This document shows, piece by piece, positions 12,968 through 27,200 of a DNA stretch of 64,000 nt. Position 1 is the stretch's first letter. Each line of letters starts with the position of its first letter. The position numbers and the translations under genes are program-made. The notes beneath the pieces are model-generated. The model did no database searches. It worked only from the letters and a program-made list of their open reading frames with translations, and was not told where the DNA came from. Source of the DNA: Raillietiella orientalis (lineage: Eukaryota); assembly GCA_036172245.1 (NCBI GenBank), contig JAYWIR010000001.1, positions 10,726,001-10,790,000 on the forward strand, given 5' to 3'.

Positions 12968-13002
<35 letters not shown>
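12968..13002. repeat. T20-A15 abutting homopolymers (self-complementary)
   Basis: 20 T immediately followed by 15 A. Confidence 0.9.
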
Positions 13003-13005
<3 letters not shown>

Positions 13006-16000
13006 TGGGGTAGGGTGGGGGACGGAGGCGTCCGAATTCGAAAAGATCCCTGTTTTCATTGCTTCGCGAAGGCAGCGTTAGTCGCGCATCCACGCAGCCT
13101 TGCCGCTGCCCAGAAATTATGGCAAGCCCTTTCGGGATGTTAGCATTCCTGTTCCAGATTGGTCGCTTGCCTCGGGGTGACCTCGGGAGTTCGCGAAGAC
13201 GTTGCACTACGGAACGTGCTCAACACGGCACCGATGGCCACAGCGGCTAACACTTGCGACTGGTGCGACCTCACTCGGAAAGGTGACCTCTGTGGATTCG
13301 GGTCCCTGAGGAAACTCGCAACCTCTTGACCACCATTCGGGTCATCGTTGGAATGGAAAGTTCGAAAAGTCACTTCCCGATGCGAAAACCGACGACACCT
13401 GCGTTTCAGGAAAGCACCGTGTGTACGGCCAGGTGTCCCCCCGCCCCCTCTAACGCCTAGAGCTGTTCTGTCCAGATTTGGTTTTTATTTGCCCGCGCAC
13501 TATTCGCCCGAGGAGGAAGAGGACTCCTGTTGCACAGGGTGTCCGACTCGTACGTGTTTGCCACGCACACAACCGTGATACAAGGTGTGGCTTCTCCGAC
13601 ACCTCACAAAGTACAGAATTGCCACTTGCTGTTGACAAAGGACACCTGGAATTGTTTCGTTTTCACCTGCCTGCTCCAAACAGGAAAGGGAAAAGGGGGG
13701 AATGAGAACACCACGGCTTTTTTTGCGTCTGGAGCAGTGAACCTGTGTGCGTGCGCGTGCTCTTCCAGAAACGAACGTTGCTCGGAAAATCCTTCCCACT
13801 TGAACTACACTCGAACCATCCAGTTGGTGTGCAGCCAACAGTGCCAAGGTGAACACTTTTATCATCGTTGTCAAGGTGAACACGCTCAAGATCACACATG
13901 AAGGTCAAAGGCTTCGTCACACCGCAAGTCGTCCTCCTCCAAAGCGTCCCCGGTTCCCGCACCGCCTGCAAAGTCGCCGTTCTTCGCTCTGGGAGGAAGT
14001 GCTTTTGGCCAACGCGCCCGCCGTCCTTTGGAGGACCTTCGGGTTCGCCCCGTCCGCCCGCGTCCGCGAAAACGGCACAACACATATCTGCAGGGTTTTT
14101 TTTTTTTGGTTTTCTTTTGTTTTTTTCCACGTTAAAATCGCATTACTTTCACACAAAGACACATAAATAGCATACCTTGCAAAATGTAAGGGAGCTAACG
14201 AGGTTTTCTATTAATAATCCTAACCGATAATGACGTCATGCAGCTCACGGAGTCTGCTGCTAGCTGCTCGTCTGGCGTTTACGTGCGCAGCCCCGGCCGT
14301 GTCACAGAGGAGAGTGAGTGCAGAACACAACTACAGCATGGAACCACTCGCCCTTATCGTCGAGATGGCATGAAAGTGACGTGCGAGTGCACAGACACGG
14401 AGAGGCACGCCACCCAGCACGTTCCTCCCGTGCAGCGCGATCCGCGCGAAACAGCGGCGTCTTCCCGGAAGCGTGCCGTGACGCGCACCCTCCTCCCTCC
14501 CCCCTCCCCCCGAACGCCGCATTCTCCCTGCTGCGCTTTCGTTGGCGTTGCTACGCCAGATGAAGCGAACTCGTCTCGCCACCCTGGATCGCGGCGGGGA
14601 GAGGCACACACATCGCACATACGGAAGGGGGGGGACTGTGATAGCCTTCCTTCCTTGGGTGCGCCAACGTGGAGCGCACCAGAAGCTCAGGAGCTGGTCG
14701 AAGGTCAGCCGACGAAAGGAAAACCAACAACAACAACAAAAAAAAAAGGCACACGGCAGATCAACGGCAGCCCCACATGACCGTCACGGGAGCCTCGGAT
14801 ACCGAGTGTTCTGCGGGGAAGAGGGGATGTCCACCTGCTTGGTTCCTGCACAGAGACCCTACGCGCACACGCCTTGCCTTGCCTCCACGGATGGGGCGCT
14901 CGTGCTCGAGGGTGACGACGCCGAAACACGGGGGCCGTCCGTCTGCTCCCTTTCTCGTTGCGTCTGTAATCCCGGACCGGAATTCCCACGGGAAAACTAG
15001 GATCGCCCGAGGCACGTCCGGGAAGCTCAGCGTTCGAGAGCAAAAGACAGAATTCGGGGAAAATCCGGGAGGTCAGGAGCCGTAGGGTGATTAGGAGGAC
15101 ACCACCGATGCTTTTTGGACTTGCAAGGAGGATGAGAAGAGAGAGATGCCGTCCACAAGGGAAGGGTCGTCCACAAGGCCTCGGATGGCAGCAAAGGCAC
15201 GCCTCCAGCCTGCAAGGTGGATCGGCCGCCATGTTAAGCCGACCGGAAAGGTCTCGTCTGTGGGGACCACATCGCCTCCCTTCACCCAGTAAGCTTTCGG
15301 GAGGTACACGGAGACCCGGCAAAACATCGCTCGGCTCTGGAAGCAGGAAGGGGTGGTCGCCGCTATGAGTTCCCTCCCAGAGGGCCGTCGCCATCTTCGT
15401 AAGTTCACACTCGTGCGCAGGACGGGTCTCCGCACTGGAGATGGAGCGCAACTTCCCCATCCTCGGGATGATTTGCTCCACGTGCGGAACTTCACCGCTT
15501 GCGGCAGTGGTGTGGGTCCGCTGCCGCAATCCCCCAGCCGCGCCCGGCAAGTCGAGAGATGAGCACGCGAGCACGCATGCCGGAGGGGAGGGCGGCTCCG
15601 GAAACAACAGCTGGGTCCCCCCGGGGAAGAGCCGCCGTCGTCGGAGAAACAACTCTCTGGTCGGGGAGGGGAAGGACGAGTCGCCATCTTCGCCTCGCGC
15701 TTTTTACATCGCGCCGCGTCGCAGCGCTCGCGCCCGCGGGCAAAAAGCCAGTCAGGCATTGTTCCCTCCGGGGAACGGCAGCCGGAGAGGGGAACGGTCT
15801 TTCCCTGCTTCTCTCCCAGCTCCACTGACGTCCGCGAACACCAGCACTCCTTTTCCGTCATGCCAGTGCCCGGCTCCAAGAGCACCCGTCCTGGGACGGC
15901 AGCCGCAGCAGCGCAGGGCCGCGACTTCAGGCAGGAGAGGGCGGAGAAACGAACAAGACACACCAGTCCCAGGAGAGTGGTTGCAGGCGGATGCTGCTCG

Positions 16001-19000
16001 GTGGGAGCATGCCACGCAACCTGGCAGACAAGTAGCTCTCTCGCCTGTTGGTGGCAGTTGCTGGCTTCTTGCTCGTTCTGCTCCCTTGCCCTTCTCTCTT
16101 CCTTCTCTCTCTCTCTCTCTCCCCCCCCCCCATCCTCTACGCGCCGACGGCAAAGTAACGCGCGTCGGCCTTCGCGTTCAGGCTGCGAAGTCGCAAGGAT
16201 GCGGGGACGGAGCTAGAGTCCTGCTTGAGGACCCAGCCACCTCTTCTTTCTTTCACCTCGACGGGGATAACTGCGGCGCCCTAAAGCACGCGCTCGGAGA
16301 ACCCCCCCAGGGTGAAACACACGAGGTGGGAACATTCCCGCTCCCACAACCAAGGCATAGGACAAGGGGGAAAAAATGACCGATTGGAGCCGGTCGCAGA
16401 GTCTCTACTCCAGGGAGAAGTAAAGAGATTTCCCTCTCTACACGCGTTGAGTCGGAAGCACGTTCGCAGAGTCGATCCGCCGATCCACATCGACAGCCTG
16501 ACAGGCTCAAGGACATCGAAAGGGAAAGTACATTGGTATCCCTTTCTCCCTCTCTGTACCCTCGCTCACTCCCCCTCCCCCCCGACATGCACATTCTCCG
16601 TATTTTCCCCTCGAAACACGCGTTCCCTGCAAACACACTCTGCCTCCGCTCAGGTGCCCCGCGGCGCAGAGCCGTGCTGCCTGCACTGGGACAAGAGCAG
16701 CATCAGCAGCACACTTTCGCTGGAGTTCTCCCCCAGGACACACCGCAAGCGGCTTGCAGGGGAGATGCCTCCCCCTCCTTCGCTTTCTCCCTTTTCACTT
16801 TCCTTCACTTCCGCAATCCTGAAGGGCAGCCCATCCATTGCAGAGGTTAGGGAGCTGCACCTCAGCCTCGGAGGAAACGTCACTCACGCGTTCCCACGGG
16901 AAGCGAAACGACGCCCATGGGCACTCGCGGAGGGCGTGTGCTTTTTATGCATCGTATCCAACTCCGAATCTACTTACCTTCTATCTCCAGTTCACGTTCT
17001 AATTCAATTTATTGACCCGAACCTTCGAGAACCCGTTCGGTTCATGGAGTTCCTGCACGGTGGCGCGCCTGCCAGCCAGGGGAAAGGTCACGCCGGACTC
17101 TAACGGAAGCGGCCACCGAAACGCGTTCCAATAAAGAGGGAATGAGCAAGTGCGACCTACCCCGTTGAAGCCGGAAATGTGCGCTGCAAGGAACACGCCG
17201 GGAACGGATTGCGTGCTCTTGCACGTCCAGCAGGGGAACGCAACTGTGGCGCCCGCGTGCTTCGTCCCTGCGATCCGCGACCAACTGTGACCGCGTGCGT
17301 CCGCAGGGCACGCGGGAGCGGAGCAAAGGGGGCGTCGAACTCTGGGGAACTCACGAAGAGCCGATGTCCAGAGGGAAGCAAAGCAACCAACGCTCTTTAG
17401 TGCCGGTGGCAGGAGGTGTGCGTCCTCACGAGCTCCAGAAATCTCCACTACTGCGAGCCAGCCATTCCCTTGGCGGACACGGCTAACGAGGCTAACCCCG
17501 CGTCGCCAGGCCCTCGCGACAAACTCGACAATGAGAACGGCCGTTGGCGTGGCGACGGTGGGGGGGGGGAGGAAAAAAAGCCTCGCGAGAGTAAAAAAAT
17601 CCGGATTGTCGCGGGTGGTGCCGCACGTTCAGAATCCACCGGCATCATCATCTTCCGGCGGCCAGTGTTCCCACGGCTCACGAATTGCGCGCTTCTCTGT
17701 TTGGAAAGTGCGCAGATTTTCCTCTGCCACGCGTTTACCCGCGCTAACGAATCTCTGTGAGAGGCAAAGAGTACGTGCGAAAGACGCAGTGCAGCCGCGC
17801 GGTGTGCGACTCCCGTGCTCCAGCACATGCAGTGGCACTCTCCAGACCTGCTTGCTCTCCGGATGGAGGCTCTTTTGTCATTAACATTCTGACTGCTTTT
17901 CGCAAGCAAGGTTACTTTTCCCAAGACGGGAAGGAAACGAATCATTCGCCATCCGGCAATCTTTTCGGAAACGCGCATGCGGAAATTTTCCATGCACGGA
18001 GAAAAGGCGCCCTGAGGCAGATGACTCGATAGCTGAAGGAAGGTCAGGTGATACGAGAAGTTCCTTGGCGGGAACGTGATACCCTCAGCAACTCCTCAAC
18101 GGCTAGCGATACCACTCTCGCGGAAGCTTCGAGGAGGATCGTCTCTGCAGCGGACGCTGGGGAGATCGGGAGAGCTGAATCGCGCGCGTCACATTTCCCG
18201 TTCTGTGTTTCCATCAAGGGGGAGGAATGCGCGCATCTTCCGTCGTCGCCACCTTCACTCCGTCGGATCCGCTGCCGTGGGACACGCTGCTCGCAAGAAA
18301 AGAAAGAAAGGAAAAAAAAAGAAGGGTTGCTTGGTGGAGCTTTTAGCGCGTGCCAGGTGTCGCGGGAGGCTAGCCTCCGACCCCTGTGCGTGTGCTTTCC
18401 AAATTCGCTCGCTCTTGGGAAAGCTGACCTCAGTGGCGCGCCTCCGAAGGGTCATGGAACTTTGAGGAGGGCTGAGAGAGAGGGATGGGTGGGGTGGAAC
18501 TGCCGCGCGCGCGGTGCCACAGGGTGAGCGTAGCGGAGGGAGCAGAACTCTTCGGGTAGTGGGCGTCAGCGGCGCTACCCCTGACTGGGAGGGGGGGAGG
18601 CGGGGAAGGAAGTTCATCTTCCGGTTTACGGTGCGTGTGGTGGTGCATGCGCGCCGTTTCGCTTTGCAGAGTCCCGGTGCTGCCAAGACACGGGCTTTGG
18701 AAAAAGGGGGAATTCAGCAGGGACCTCGCCCTGGAGCTGGTTGCCAAGTTACCGTGGGTCCCGAGGAAACCAGGAGGAAGCCGCCATCTCCCTTTTCTTT
18801 TGCGCGGCTGCTGCAGGAAATAAATAAAAGAAAATGATGGAAAGCCAGACGAGACTGTAGCTGGGATGGGGGTGCGCAGGTCGAGCGAGGACTTTTCGTA
18901 GACAGGGCTTGCAGCAGCTCTCGGGACTTTTTTTTTGTCGCTGTCGCTGTTTCCCTTTGCTATTCGGTCGTCGGAAATGCCCCCTGGAAACCAGGGTGTC

Positions 19001-22000
19001 TTCGGAGAGCGTGTCCGACGCGGCCTTCTCTCTCGTTGGAGGCCCGGGGCTGCCGTCGTCTCCAGGTGGTCCGGGACTGTCTTCACCTCCTGGGTCAGGG
19101 CCGTCACGTCCTGAGGCCCGCGTTGGGATCGGGGCGGCGGAGGTGTAGGGAGCTCCGTTCTCCTAGCCCGCGAGAATCTCCCGGCAGTCCTTGATCTCTT
19201 CTCTACCTCCCATCATGCGTCGCTCCATCTCCCGTTCCACCTGCGCAGGCGCGCCTGCGGGAGCTCCCGGAGCTACGCGGCAAATCGAAGGGCCCCTCCA
19301 GGGAATGGAGTTTCCGGGCTGGGGCGTGGGGAGTTTGCGAGGGGACTCTCAAGAAGAGCAAAAGGGCCAGAGGAGGCGAAAGGAGAAGGCCATGTCCCTC
19401 TTCAGGGCACAGAGTAAGGGTCGGGAATCTCTCGTCCCGCCGTCATGTTCCTCAGGCGCTATCTTGGAGAGATCTCGTCGCCGTTCGCGGAAGAGAGGCG
19501 GTGCGGCGTCCCGTTTGGACGCTGGTCCTTGCCTACGCGCAGAGGTCCCGAGCCTCTGAATAAGGAAAAAACAAACTCTCGTTTCTTTGGAAACGACTGA
19601 GCCTCTGGTCGGGTGGGGAAACGAGCAGCCGGAGCTGCAGACGCAAAGACCGCCTGCCCCTCACGGTAGGGGGCTCACCGCTGCCGGGGCAGAAATGGCC
19701 CCGCGGAGAAACGACGTTGGAAGGACTGCGGGAAGAAGAGTATGTGGGTGGGATGCGTTCTCCAGGAAAAGAGAGATAAAGAAGAAAACCGCCCTTGGCG
19801 CGCTCCAGGCACGTACACCGTTCTCGGAGACCGTGCGAAGCGCCGAGTAGCGGCAGGCATGAGAACTACGCTCGCTCGGAGGTATCTCCGCATTTGTCGT
19901 CGTCATCGACGTGCACGTGCGAGAGCGCGGACAGACCGAGGCGGTCCCGGGGGAAGAGATGCTGATGGGGGAGGCGGGGGCGAAGCAGATGGCGGAGCGC
20001 AAGCCCCGGGATCGTCGTGACTCATCGCCATCCCCTCGAGAACGCTTTTTTTTGCGGACCCCGCTCCATACCGGAGCGCTGCCTCCGCCTCCCTGCGATC
20101 CTTTCCATCCCCGGCCGCCTCCTCCAGGCGCGCACATTCTCGATGCACTCGCCTGGGGGGGGGGAAGGGTCCCCAGTGAGAGAGGCGTCCTTGGGTGCCG
20201 CGCGCACGCTTGTCTGGAGTCAGCATCCGCGGGTATGGGGGAGACTTGAGCAGGGTTCGCTGTCCCGCCTGCGGAGGGGGCAAGGAAATTGATCCAATAT
20301 AGCGGTCGTAGGAACGTGGCGCCTTTCTTCCCGGCAGTCCTCCTCGCTCGCAGGAGGGCACAAGGGCGCTCGAGAGTCGCCTACTGTTGCGCGAGCATCG
20401 CCCACCGGCAGCCCGGCAGGTCGGCCTCGCGGAAGGCGGCAGTTCCCGTCCGTTCCGGGCTCGTTCCCCTCTGAGGCCCGCCAAACAGCACGTCGAGGCA
20501 AAAAAGTCAGCGGCCTCGAGGGATTGCGGGTTGTCCTCGTAGACGGAAGCTGGACGCCATGACGACCTCCTTCTTCGTGACCACCAGGGGCTAAGAATTT
20601 TCAAGAATGCGGAGCGGACGCACCAGGACGGCAGGGCAGCTGACCAAAAAACACGTCTATCCGCCGAAACGAGCGGGGCACGCGAGCGTGCGCACGGTCG
20701 GCGTACGAAGGAGCTGCCCGCCTCTGGAAAACGGGACCGAGGAGGACCATCCGCTTCCCTACTCGCCCAGGCTGCCATCCTCCACGAAAGTACAAAACCA
20801 TCGGTGGCAGGGCATAAAGGGTGCTCAACACTTCAACTCGTTTCATCAGTGGGAAACAGGAAGTTCCGGTACCTTCCGTCAGATGTCACTGTACGGCCGT
20901 TCAAATGACTCGTCGGGCAGCAGCGGCGCCCTCGCAGGGGGTCATCCGCTATCCTGCTCACCCCGGCTTCCATCCTCCGTGCCAGACCTCTCCCGGAAGG
21001 TCTCCGGCGCTGCGGGCGGCAGCCAAGAAAAGGGTGCAAGCGTGTTTGCCAGCTGGAGAAGACTGGGGTGGATTCGCGTCTCCGCGGAGATCGATGCAAG
21101 ACGCAAGCAGCGGCGATCAGCGGGGATTCCAGACGGCACGGAGGCCAGCGCACCCTCCCCCCCCCCCCCCCAAAAAAAAAAAAAAATGAGGGAGAAATCG
21201 ACTCTCGAAAAGGAAGCGCCCGGAATCACACGTCTGGTGCGCGCGCGCGAAAGGAAGAGTGCTAGTCCGACCCCCAGCTCGGGAGCGACGCAGGACAGCG
21301 TGAACACCTTCAAGCGTGGAACACCCGGGTCAGGGGAAGGTCGCGTTCCTGCGTTGGGGCGACGCCGTTCCGTTCAGCGGCGAACGCCTCAGCGCCGTTG
21401 CTCCCCCGTGGACCTCCCTGAGTTCGAGAGGGCGACGGAACCTGCTCGACATCTCGGCAGACCTTCCCTGCTGGCATCCTCGCAGACCGGCCGCGCAGAG
21501 GAGTCGCCGGACTAGGATGGCGCGGGGAACTGGTGCCCCCGATGAAGAAACGAGCACTGGAGCAGCTTCTCACCCGTTTGTTTTACAAGCATAAACAAGC
21601 AGGGTGGGAAGGCAGTCCCCGGAACAGCAGTGACAACAACGGCAACTATGGCAAAGAAGTTCAAAGGGGAGGTTCGCAGGTCGACACGCAGGTCATTTGC
21701 TGAGGCAAGTCCGAAGAGGAAGGGGAAGGGACAACAAAGAAAGAAAAGGGGGGTGGGTGGGGACTGGGGTCTGCGTCGCTTCCCCGCGCTCAGGAACGGC
21801 GCAGAGTGCCGGCGGCCTTCGACTCGACTCCTTGCTATAGGTGAGGCCACCTCGCAGCCGCCTTGGCGTCGGTGGCTGCCACGCGGGTGGCCTCCCTTCT
21901 TTGAGTCCGAGACTCCATCCAATGGCGAACCGTGACGATGGCGCGGGTGCAGCATCTCGTCGCGATGAGGGCGCCTGTCGTGACTCTTCTTCCGGAGGAG

Positions 22001-24289
22001 AGTCGCCGCAGCCAGTCGTCGGAAGTGTCCGCGGTGTGGAAGAGTTCTGAAGCCACAGTTCCCCCCCCCTCGAGGCACGGCGGTCCAACAGCATGCGCGG
22101 GAACGATTCCGCCGCCTCGCACCTTGAGCAGAGGTGACGACGCCGGTTGCCCTGGAGACCCCAGTGCGCAAACACGAGGGCATCCTGCTTCCACTTCAAG
22201 GGGAAACGCCGAAGTGTTCGTTCACGAAGAAAGGACAGGGAGTTCTTCGGGGGTCACACCGGGCAGTATCGAAGCAGCCCCTTCGCCCGAGGGCACGGAG
22301 TGGCGGCGGTCTGTTCACCAGCTCGCACGTCTTCCAGCCTCCCAGGAGTTCGGTCGCTCCTGTCGTCGCGCAGCGGCACTCCCTGCCCCGCCGGCAGGCG
22401 ACTGTCTTTGCGTGGCCGCAGGGCAGATTGCGCTGCTGCGGCAAGGAATGAGGCGGCCGAACAGGCGAAGAGGACCAGCTGGACTCCACTGCTGGAGCAG
22501 GGGGTGCTTGCGACAGCCGTCCAGCGCATCCCTGGAAGGAGCTCCGAGACGAGGCCGGAGGCGGTGACTCTGCGCGCCGCCTGGCTCCGGGTGCGTCCTC
22601 CAGGAGCGCTGGGAGAGACTGAACGGAAGGTGGAGAGTGGGGCGCGCCGAGAACGTCGCCTCTAGGAAAGTACCCGCCGAAGTAAGAGGGGTGGTGGGAG
22701 CATCTCCAAGCTCTTGGCGGTGCCGTCGAGGGCGCAGCACGAAAAGAACCGAAAATTCTCTATGATCAGGTGCTCGAAAGCGAGGCGTGCTCGAAGGTGC
22801 GGGTGTTCCCGGCGTGCACATTATGGGCACGTTCTAGGTCGTCGTCTTTGATTATAGATTCTTGGACGTTTAAACCCTGCCACAGTGGCGGCGTTCGGTC
22901 TATTCTGTTCCCCCAAGTGCTTACACATGTTTTGTTTTGTTTTTTAAAAAAAAATACGCAACAGTGAAATCGAGAGGCGTATCTTGGTTACGTCACCGGT
23001 GGAGGGAAGTCGCCTTCCCTAATGACAAAACGGCTATTAAAATATTAAAAACGATTTAAAAAACATGGGAAACGAGAAAACGGGTAGAGAGGATGGAGGA
23101 AACCGTTCTCGTGGATGGGATCGAAAAATTCCTTTCACTTTTTTCCGTAACGATCGAAACGGAAGGAGCCATCGTGCATTTATCAGTGACCATAATGGAT
23201 CCGTGGTGGTCGCCAATGGAAACCCATCTTCACTCTGGTGGGTGGAAGTTGCGATCAGCAGCGGATGCCGTCCAGTGGTGGCGCGATGAGAGCACATCTC
23301 GTGAAACGACCGTTAGTTCGACACGTCCGGTCACGTCATTCGTGGCAGTGGACGCTTCGGACAGAACTTTCGAACGCGCACGGATCGAAAGCCGCGAGCT
23401 CTTGCAGCGGGTGACCTCCATCCTTCGGGACTCCACCCTGAAGCTCGTGCGCCAGAATTTCAGGGTCGCGGTCCCTCTCCAGCTTTCCGAAAACGGCGAT
23501 TTTGGTTGCACTGAAAAATCAAATAAAATGGAGAGAAAATCTCCCCGAAGATAAAAGAATGGATCCGACCTGCTGACTCCAGCTGCAGCGCTCGTGAAGC
23601 ACCCTGGGGGCTGCTTCCATAGAAGCAGCGAACGTGCACCCGCTTGCCCTCAAAAGGCCGAATCAGCGTTCGGTCCGTTCCTTGATGGCAATTTTCTCTT
23701 GTCGGAACGGGCTGTGCTGTGGAACACGTTTGTGGCTCCCCTCCTCTGACCCCCCTCCATCCCTGTTTTTTGTTTGCTCCCGCCCGGAAATGTGAAAGCG
23801 GACAGAGAACCTTCTGCGAAAAGCCATCTGGGGAAAGCAGAGGTCCTGGGTCGGCTTGAAGGACTTGTGCGCCCCGCGTCGGGACTCTGGGCACGGCGTC
23901 TTGATGCTGGAGAGGACGGAGCGTCCAGCTCCAAGATTAGCCCTAGAGGCGAAGTTCTGGACCACCCATTGGCGCATCGCAGCCGGACTACTGACCAAGC
24001 GAGCAGCCGGGGCACCTAGGGACTCGGTACGTTCCTTTTTCATGGTCACCGAGAGCTGCCCCGATGCGGGTAGTACCAACTCCGGCAAATGGTAACTCGG
24101 TCCAGGAGGGAAGGCTGTTTTCCTGTCGCCCCACCAGCTGCGATGCCTAGAAATAGGAAACAGCTCAGGATTGGGTGGGAAGAAACGGCACGAGCCCGGA
24201 GCCACCGCGATGCCTGAGATTCTCGAGCTGCGCTCGCTGCAGGAAATTGTGGACAGCCCAAGCAAGGCTACGCGGACTGGTCTCCTGGC

Positions 24290-27200
24290 GACGAATATCC
24301 CTGGCCCGTTGGAACGTTAACGGGCTACGGGACGTCATCAAGAGGTGAAAAATAGCGAACATCATTAAGCACTTCGATATCTGCCTACTCCAAGAAACCC
24401 ATGAGCTTTCCGTGAGGGACAGGGCAGACACCGAAGTATGCTCTGGTGGAACGCTACTTTTACAAAGTGGTGATAACCACGAGAGAGGAGTCGCCTTCCT
24501 TATACACCCCCGCCTGCTCCCCCTAGTCAAGAGATGTAGATTTGATAAGACCGGTAGAATCGGTCAGATCACGGTACCATGGTCCTGGAATATCGATCTT
24601 ACCATGACAAATATATATGCACCTCAGAAACAAGAGTGCATCGCGAACAGGGTCACCTTCATGAAGGAGGTAAAATCACGATGGATAGGTCCACCTAACC
24701 CAAGGGTGGCCCACATAGTAGCAGGGGACTTCAACACCCCCCTACATGCTGCATCGGACAAGGTGTACATACCACCCAGGAGGCTGCTAAACACGCTGGC
24801 GGGGTGGCATCTCTCCAATATTCTCTCAGGAGAGCTATGGACAGGAGAGGGCCATCGACCACATCTTCGTGGATGACCAACTACACTCGCAGGTAGGTAG
24901 AAGGGGGAGGATCCCCTCCTACCTTTCGAATCACCGGAGGATTGAGGTGGAGCTCAACCCCCGTGCTAAGTGTCCCTCCCCCCTGAAAATGTGGAGGCTG
25001 CCACTGCCCTGGCTGGAACATCCAGATACCAGGGAACTCATCAGGGACCTCATTAGGCGAACCACCAAGTCCGTCCATGATTGGGACTCCTTCAAAAGCA
25101 AAGTCGAGCGGCTGTGTAAAAGTCAGCCCACCCAAAGCCTGCCGAAAGGCTTTGGGGAAGGAGAAGATCTGCACTCCCTTTACCTGCAGACTAGAGACCG
25201 CAGCCACCATATTGATCCCAGGATAATTGCCGAATACCAGGCCAAAGCGGAGAGCCAAACCTGGCAGTCGGGGGTCACCACCCTGCTGAACGGGAGGGGT
25301 GAGCCACTATCGGACCTGGTAGACACCACGCAGGAAGTAAGTCGATTTTACATCTCTCTCTACTCCAGAAGTCCTCCGGACCAAGTAATCTTCCAATTAC
25401 TCCTACCGGAAGGTAACCCAGTAATCTCGGAAGAGGAACGGGAGAATCTAAACGAGCTATTTACTGGCGATGAAATTCGCCGTGCAATCTTATTGCTATC
25501 CGGGAAGGCACCTTGAGAGGACGGTCTTCCCGGAGAATTCTTCAAATGCTTTGCGGAAGACCTGACTTCCATGGTGCTGAAACTCGACGCGCTAATGCAG
25601 GGCACGGGAGACGTTCCTGGAAGCTTCCGCTCAGCAAAAATGAGGCTGATCCCCAAAGGGGGGGATTTAAGATTATTGAATAGCTGGCGTCCTATCACTC
25701 TGGTGAACATGGACGTCAAACTATTCTTCAAGCTGTGGACTGCACGATTAGGGACAGTAGCGGACCGATTGATCAGCTCGGAACAATCCTACGCGCTTCC
25801 CGGGTGTTCCATCGAGTCCAACCTCATGCTAGCGCAGTCCTGGTTCGGTCTACAGCATCTGCTGCAAAAAAGGAGAACCGCAACGGCATGAAGGACACCA
25901 CAAAACGAGGCTCTGGAGGGAGGCCTGGCGATTGCGGTCGATCTGCAGAAAGCGTTCGACAGTGTCGACCAGGACCTCCTTCTGCACCTCATGGGCAAAC
26001 TTGGCCTGCCTCCGATCCTTATACAATACCTACGCGCTACCTGGCTCTCTGCGAATCTAACATCATCTTTTGCGTCCGCCAGGTGCATGGCGTACCTATA
26101 AGAAAGGGGATCAGACAAGGGGATAGCCTCAGTCCGTTGCTCTTTGCCATATACTTTGAGCTGGTACTGAAGGCTTATAGATTGCCTTTCTAGACCACCT
26201 ATCCCATGGCGTCAGCCTATGCTGACGACCTGCTCAGCTTCGTGCCTCGGTTCACCCCAACCGAGAGGTTCGAATTCTTTTTGGACCTCATTCAGGAAGG
26301 GGCGAGCCTGAGAATCAACAAATCAAAGTCGACGATCAAAGTACCGTCAGCGTCGTTGTTGGCTGGGCACTCGGACTGGACGCGACTAAGTATCCCAATA
26401 CGGAAGCACCTAAGGTACCAGCGATACGACACCGCACCTAAGGTGCAAGGATTCCGTTGAGAGATTTCTCGGTTGAGGAAGCCTAGTCTGAATGCCTCGA
26501 TCGTGTAGAAAAGGCGCTGGCACCGTTCAGAGGCGGCAGGTTCTTGCTGCCCGAACAGGCCTTCATCTACAACACATACACTGCTCCCCTATTACGACCC
26601 CTCCTGTTCTCTTGCCCCCTCCCACGACGAAGGCCAAACGGAGAGAGGACCACATCCTGCGGAAGTTCTTGTGGGGAAAGGGTCGGTCCAGGGTGAAGCT
26701 GAAAAGCATCTGCTCCCCAAGGAACAGGGCCGGCTTGGGCGTCAAATCGCCCACAACCCGGCAACATGAGATATCCTTCCGAGTGCTCATGCACCACCAC
26801 CGACGGTGGAACGAGCATTGGTGTTGCCCAACAAAAGAACTTCTGAGGAGATCAACGGGCAGCCAAGGATTGGCTTCCTTGTGGTACACGACACATACAC
26901 AAGAGCCATTTACAACAACGTTGGCTATCCTCTAACGCAGCTGCGACGTCTACTCGGCAGATGCAGCTGGAAATCATGCAGAATAAGGAAGCCTGGAGCC
27001 TGGAGTCCCTAAACACATGGTTTCGGTTGCAGGGTGACCAGAACAGCCTCCCTCGCCGTCCAGTGCTCATCGGGCGAATGCCGCTCGGAGAACTCATGGT
27101 GGCCCCGGAAAGAGCACGCCGTTGGAGGAATTCCTCCCTAATCTTCTCTTGGCGGAATCAATAGAACCAAACAGACAGCCATCAGGAAGCGGCATGGGAC

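Noticed and set aside
14231-14238. CRE palindrome TGACGTCA upstream of PEPCK
   Set aside because: An 8-mer that recurs several times in the window, over 5 kb from the ATG with unknown transcription start; no support beyond analogy with vertebrates.
8900-24200. Many overlapping ORFs of 100-450 aa on both strands, including the N-terminal 380 aa of ORF 8630-10000
   Set aside because: R/G/P/S/A-rich low-complexity translations with no recognisable domain; expected by chance in GC-rich DNA.
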